DNA of 52,669 nucleotides, taken from the NCBI RefSeq assembly GCF_001194135.2, contig NC_068988.1:60389264-60441932 (forward strand). The letters run 5' to 3'. Numbering within the stretch: position 1 is the first letter of the stretch; the number at the start of each line of letters is the position of its first letter. Source of the DNA: Octopus bimaculoides (lineage: Eukaryota). The notes under the pieces were generated by a model. The model was not told the DNA's origin, ran no database searches, and was given only the letters and a program-made list of their open reading frames with translations. The translations under genes were made by a program, and so were the position numbers. Below, in pieces: positions 50,121 through 52,669 of the stretch.

Positions 50121-50930
50121 TTCACCACTTCCTATCTCATTCATATTTTATGACGGAGAAAACTACAAGAGTATTATTAAAGTTGATGATTAGTAAAGCA
50201 TGTTGGCTCATATGACAACAGTAACGATGAACCTCAGTCGATTTCGACGGCGAGTGAATCCAACAGTTCAATATGTGTAGACGACATCTATTCATTGAAC
50301 TGTATATTCATTAAATTATAGGGTATATGTAACTGAGTATTCCACAGCAACTCTATACCCTTAACGCAAATGTCTTCTACCAAAGCTACCCTTCAAGAAT
50401 ATAGTGGTGCAATAGTAGAAGAGACTGTTTGATGCATAAAATAACAAATATCGAAACGACACAATTTAAATGGACAAATGGCAAAAAAAATATTCAGTAG
50501 ATAAATTAAATAGTTAAAACATTTATATAAATAAATTTTTAAAATCTCTATAGAGATAACTTATATAGCACTCCTAACACAAAAAGTAAGACACAATATT
50601 GACTAGTAAACATTTAATACAGTTGATCGTACATTATGTTTGAAAAACTAAATACATGTTATTCAAGATGCATTTAAAAAATACTCAAACTTTATAATGG
50701 CAAGCCGGATATGTACATTCTAGTACTAAATACTCCAGTAGAAGATATGAATTTATATATTATTTATACAACATAGAATACGGAGAAAAATAATTTAAAC
50801 AGAAATCAATTGTTCAAAATATCAATTTAATCTGAATAAAAGCGGTGTTGGTAAGTCATCAACTTTTAATTCTATCAATAAATTATAGTTGTCAAGCTGT
50901 AGATGGCAGATTCAAGATGCACATAGCTAA

Positions 50931-50972
<42 letters not shown>

Positions 50973-51397
50973 NNNNNNNNNNNNNNNNNNNNNNNNNNNN
51001 NNNNNNNNNNNNNNNNNNNNNNNNNNNNNNNNNNNNNNNNNNNNNNNNNNNNNNNNNNNNNNNNNNNNNNNNGCCAAAACACAATTCCTGCTATCTATTT
51101 AATCAAATAAGAAGGAAATTACTTTATTACATATATTCCCCAACACTATTTTCCTCTTAGTTTTTCATGCAATTATTAAATGACTTGTAAAGTTGTAGAA
51201 TATAGACTATGGACATATGAAGTATCTCAATAATCTTTTCTGCTATATACATATGGCTTGAAATTTTGAGGGAAGGGTCTAGTCGATTAGATTAACACCA
51301 GTGCACAACCTATTTCATCCACCCTGGAAGAAGTTTGAACTGGGGGCGTAAAGCGGACGAAATGCCGCATTGCATTTTGCCCCAGCGTGCTAGATTC

Positions 51398-51553
51398 TTC
51401 TTTCGTTATTGCCCACAAGTAGCTAAGCATAGAGGGGACAAACAAGGACAGACAAAGTGATTAAATCGATTACATCGACCCCAGTGCGTAACTGGTACTT
51501 AATTTATCGTAACTGGTACTTAATTTATCGTAACTGGCACTTAATTTATCCCC
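51398..51553 (-). mobile_element. Family B SINE 3' half containing a 21-bp triplication
   Basis: Reverse homolog of 48815-48924. CGTAACTGG(T/C)ACTTAATTTAT occurs at 51487, 51508 and 51529. Confidence 0.85.
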
Positions 51554-51614
51554 CACCGTGTAAAATTCTGCTAGCTTCACACCTTACAAGAAACGTCATA
51601 ATAATCATCTCAGA

Positions 51615-51777
51615 TTTAGGTACAAGGCCAGAAATTTCACTGGAGGGGATCAATACTCACCTGGTATATATTTTATCGACGCCGAAATAAAAAAAGGCAA
51701 AGTCGATCTCGGCGGAATTTAAGCTCAGAAATGTAACGACAGACAAAATGCTGCTAAGCATTTTTCCCGGCGTGCTA
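51615..51777 (-). mobile_element. Degenerate family B SINE
   Basis: GGTACAAGGCCAGAAATT...TTTTATCGAC...GGCAAAGTCGATCTCGGCGGAATTT...CTAAGCATTTT.CCCGGCGTGCTA. Confidence 0.75.
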
Positions 51778-52065
51778 TTATCAAAATTATAATTTAAGAT
51801 TTTGGAAAATCCATACAAATTATTGATCCATAGAAATTATTGATCACCTTAAATATACATGCTATTCATTTTGTGGAATATAATTAACTAACTGGCCCCT
51901 TGCCGTCAAAATTGACATTTAATTGTAGTATTTTATATATAAATAAGGTACAAAACCAAATTTTTAGTTTAATAATTCTTTTATTACCAAATTTATAATA
52001 TGCCTTTCAACTGCAGTCATTCTATATTCTCGATATACTGAAGCAATAATTATTTTGTCTAATCA

Positions 52066-52157
52066 AGGCGGCGAACTGGCAGAAACGTCAGCGTGCCGGG
52101 CGAAATGCTTAGCGGTATTTCGTCTGTGTGACACCGTTTGAAATGCTTAGCGGTATA
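52066..52157 (+). mobile_element. 5' head of a family B SINE with a short internal duplication
   Basis: AGGCGGCGAACTGGCAGAAACGTCAGCGTGCCGGGCGAAATGCTTAGCGGTA; GAAATGCTTAGCGGTA occurs twice. Confidence 0.75.
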
Positions 52158-52286
52158 ACGACTCCGTTACTTATTATTTGAGTGCGTCTGTACAGTAAGT
52201 GCAAGTTTCCATTGACTGTTTTTGTGTGCTCTTGTTATAACTATTGTGCGATAGTCTTCGTTCGAAAACTATCGTGTGTTTCCCTT

Positions 52287-52669
52287 ATGGGGGAAACAGT
52301 AATTTCTGGTAAGATGCCGAATAATGTATCTTCGTCTGGCGAAGAGGCGTCAACCGAGAGAAAAAATATAGAAAATTTATTGTTTGGAGAAGTTTCGGAT
52401 TCTTCTGAAGAGGAGTTTCCAAATCTATCAAATTGTACCGTTACAAGGAGGAACATAAATGTGAAAAGCATACAAACGGAAGAAAAACAAAAAAGAAGTT
52501 TTACGTCGGCGGCTGGAGGTGGAACCCGCCAGCTGTCGACAAACAAAAGCGACATATTAAAATATAAAGACATGTTAAAAATGGAAAATGGTGTTGTCAA
52601 AGTTCAACCACCGGGAGAATTTTTATTAACAGAAAAAAAAACAATTATTTTTAAAGTTTACTGCAAAAA
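52287..52669 (+). CDS. Uninterrupted ORF running off the window end; possible ORF1 of a younger non-LTR element
   Basis: ATG at 52287, then 127 stop-free codons: MGETVISGKMPNNVSSSGEEAS...KVQPPGEFLLTEKKTIIFKVYCK. The product assignment is inference only. Confidence 0.5.
   Translation, partial: MGETVISGKMPNNVSSSGEEASTERKNIENLLFGEVSDSSEEEFPNLSNCTVTRRNINVKSIQTEEKQKRSFTSAAGGGTRQLSTNKSDILKYKDMLKMENGVVKVQPPGEFLLTEKKTIIFKVYCK

Larger units (their letters stand above)
771..51072. other. 14 assembly gaps (N runs), mostly flanked by microsatellites
   Basis: Gaps at 771-814, 2903-2912, 8785-9447, 10809-11240, 16490-17129, 20085-20601, 28050-28828, 29716-30277, 33507-34089, 35353-36006, 37262-37523, 38447-39159, 47640-48056 and 50973-51072. 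Confidence 0.97.

Noticed and set aside
51487-51549. CRISPR-like short direct repeats
   Set aside because: The repeats are contiguous with no spacers, derive from SINE sequence, and lie in eukaryotic DNA with no cas genes.
52241-52600. 119-aa minus-strand ORF
   Set aside because: Most likely the antisense shadow of the plus-strand ORF starting at 52287.

Overview
AT-rich, microsatellite-dense animal genomic scaffold with 14 N-gaps (about 6.4 kb in total). The SINE repertoire resembles that of an octopus (inference from recalled repeat sequences, not a database search). I recognise no intact host gene; almost every ORF in the supplied track is a microsatellite, N-gap or antisense artefact. 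The window is mostly decayed mobile elements. (1) An internally deleted Ty3/Gypsy LTR element (22131-27019, minus). Its integrase is split at the VSDNG motif by a complete Chapaev3-type DNA transposon (23310-25901, TTA target duplication). (2) A mariner relic (34135-35350). (3) Penelope-like element (PLE) pieces at 9.4-10.8 kb, 39.6-40.3 kb and 40.8-42.3 kb. (4) Fragments of R4/Dong-like, CR1 and RTE LINEs and L1/Tx1-like ORF1s, plus an uninterrupted ORF running off the right edge. (5) About 20 tRNA-derived SINE copies. The most interesting signals are three different minimal type I hammerhead ribozyme motifs (10644-10702 +, 17375-17410 -, 39647-39690 -). Two carry core substitutions. The third lies just downstream of a tRNA-like Pol III head, which itself follows a GIY-YIG endonuclease ORF.
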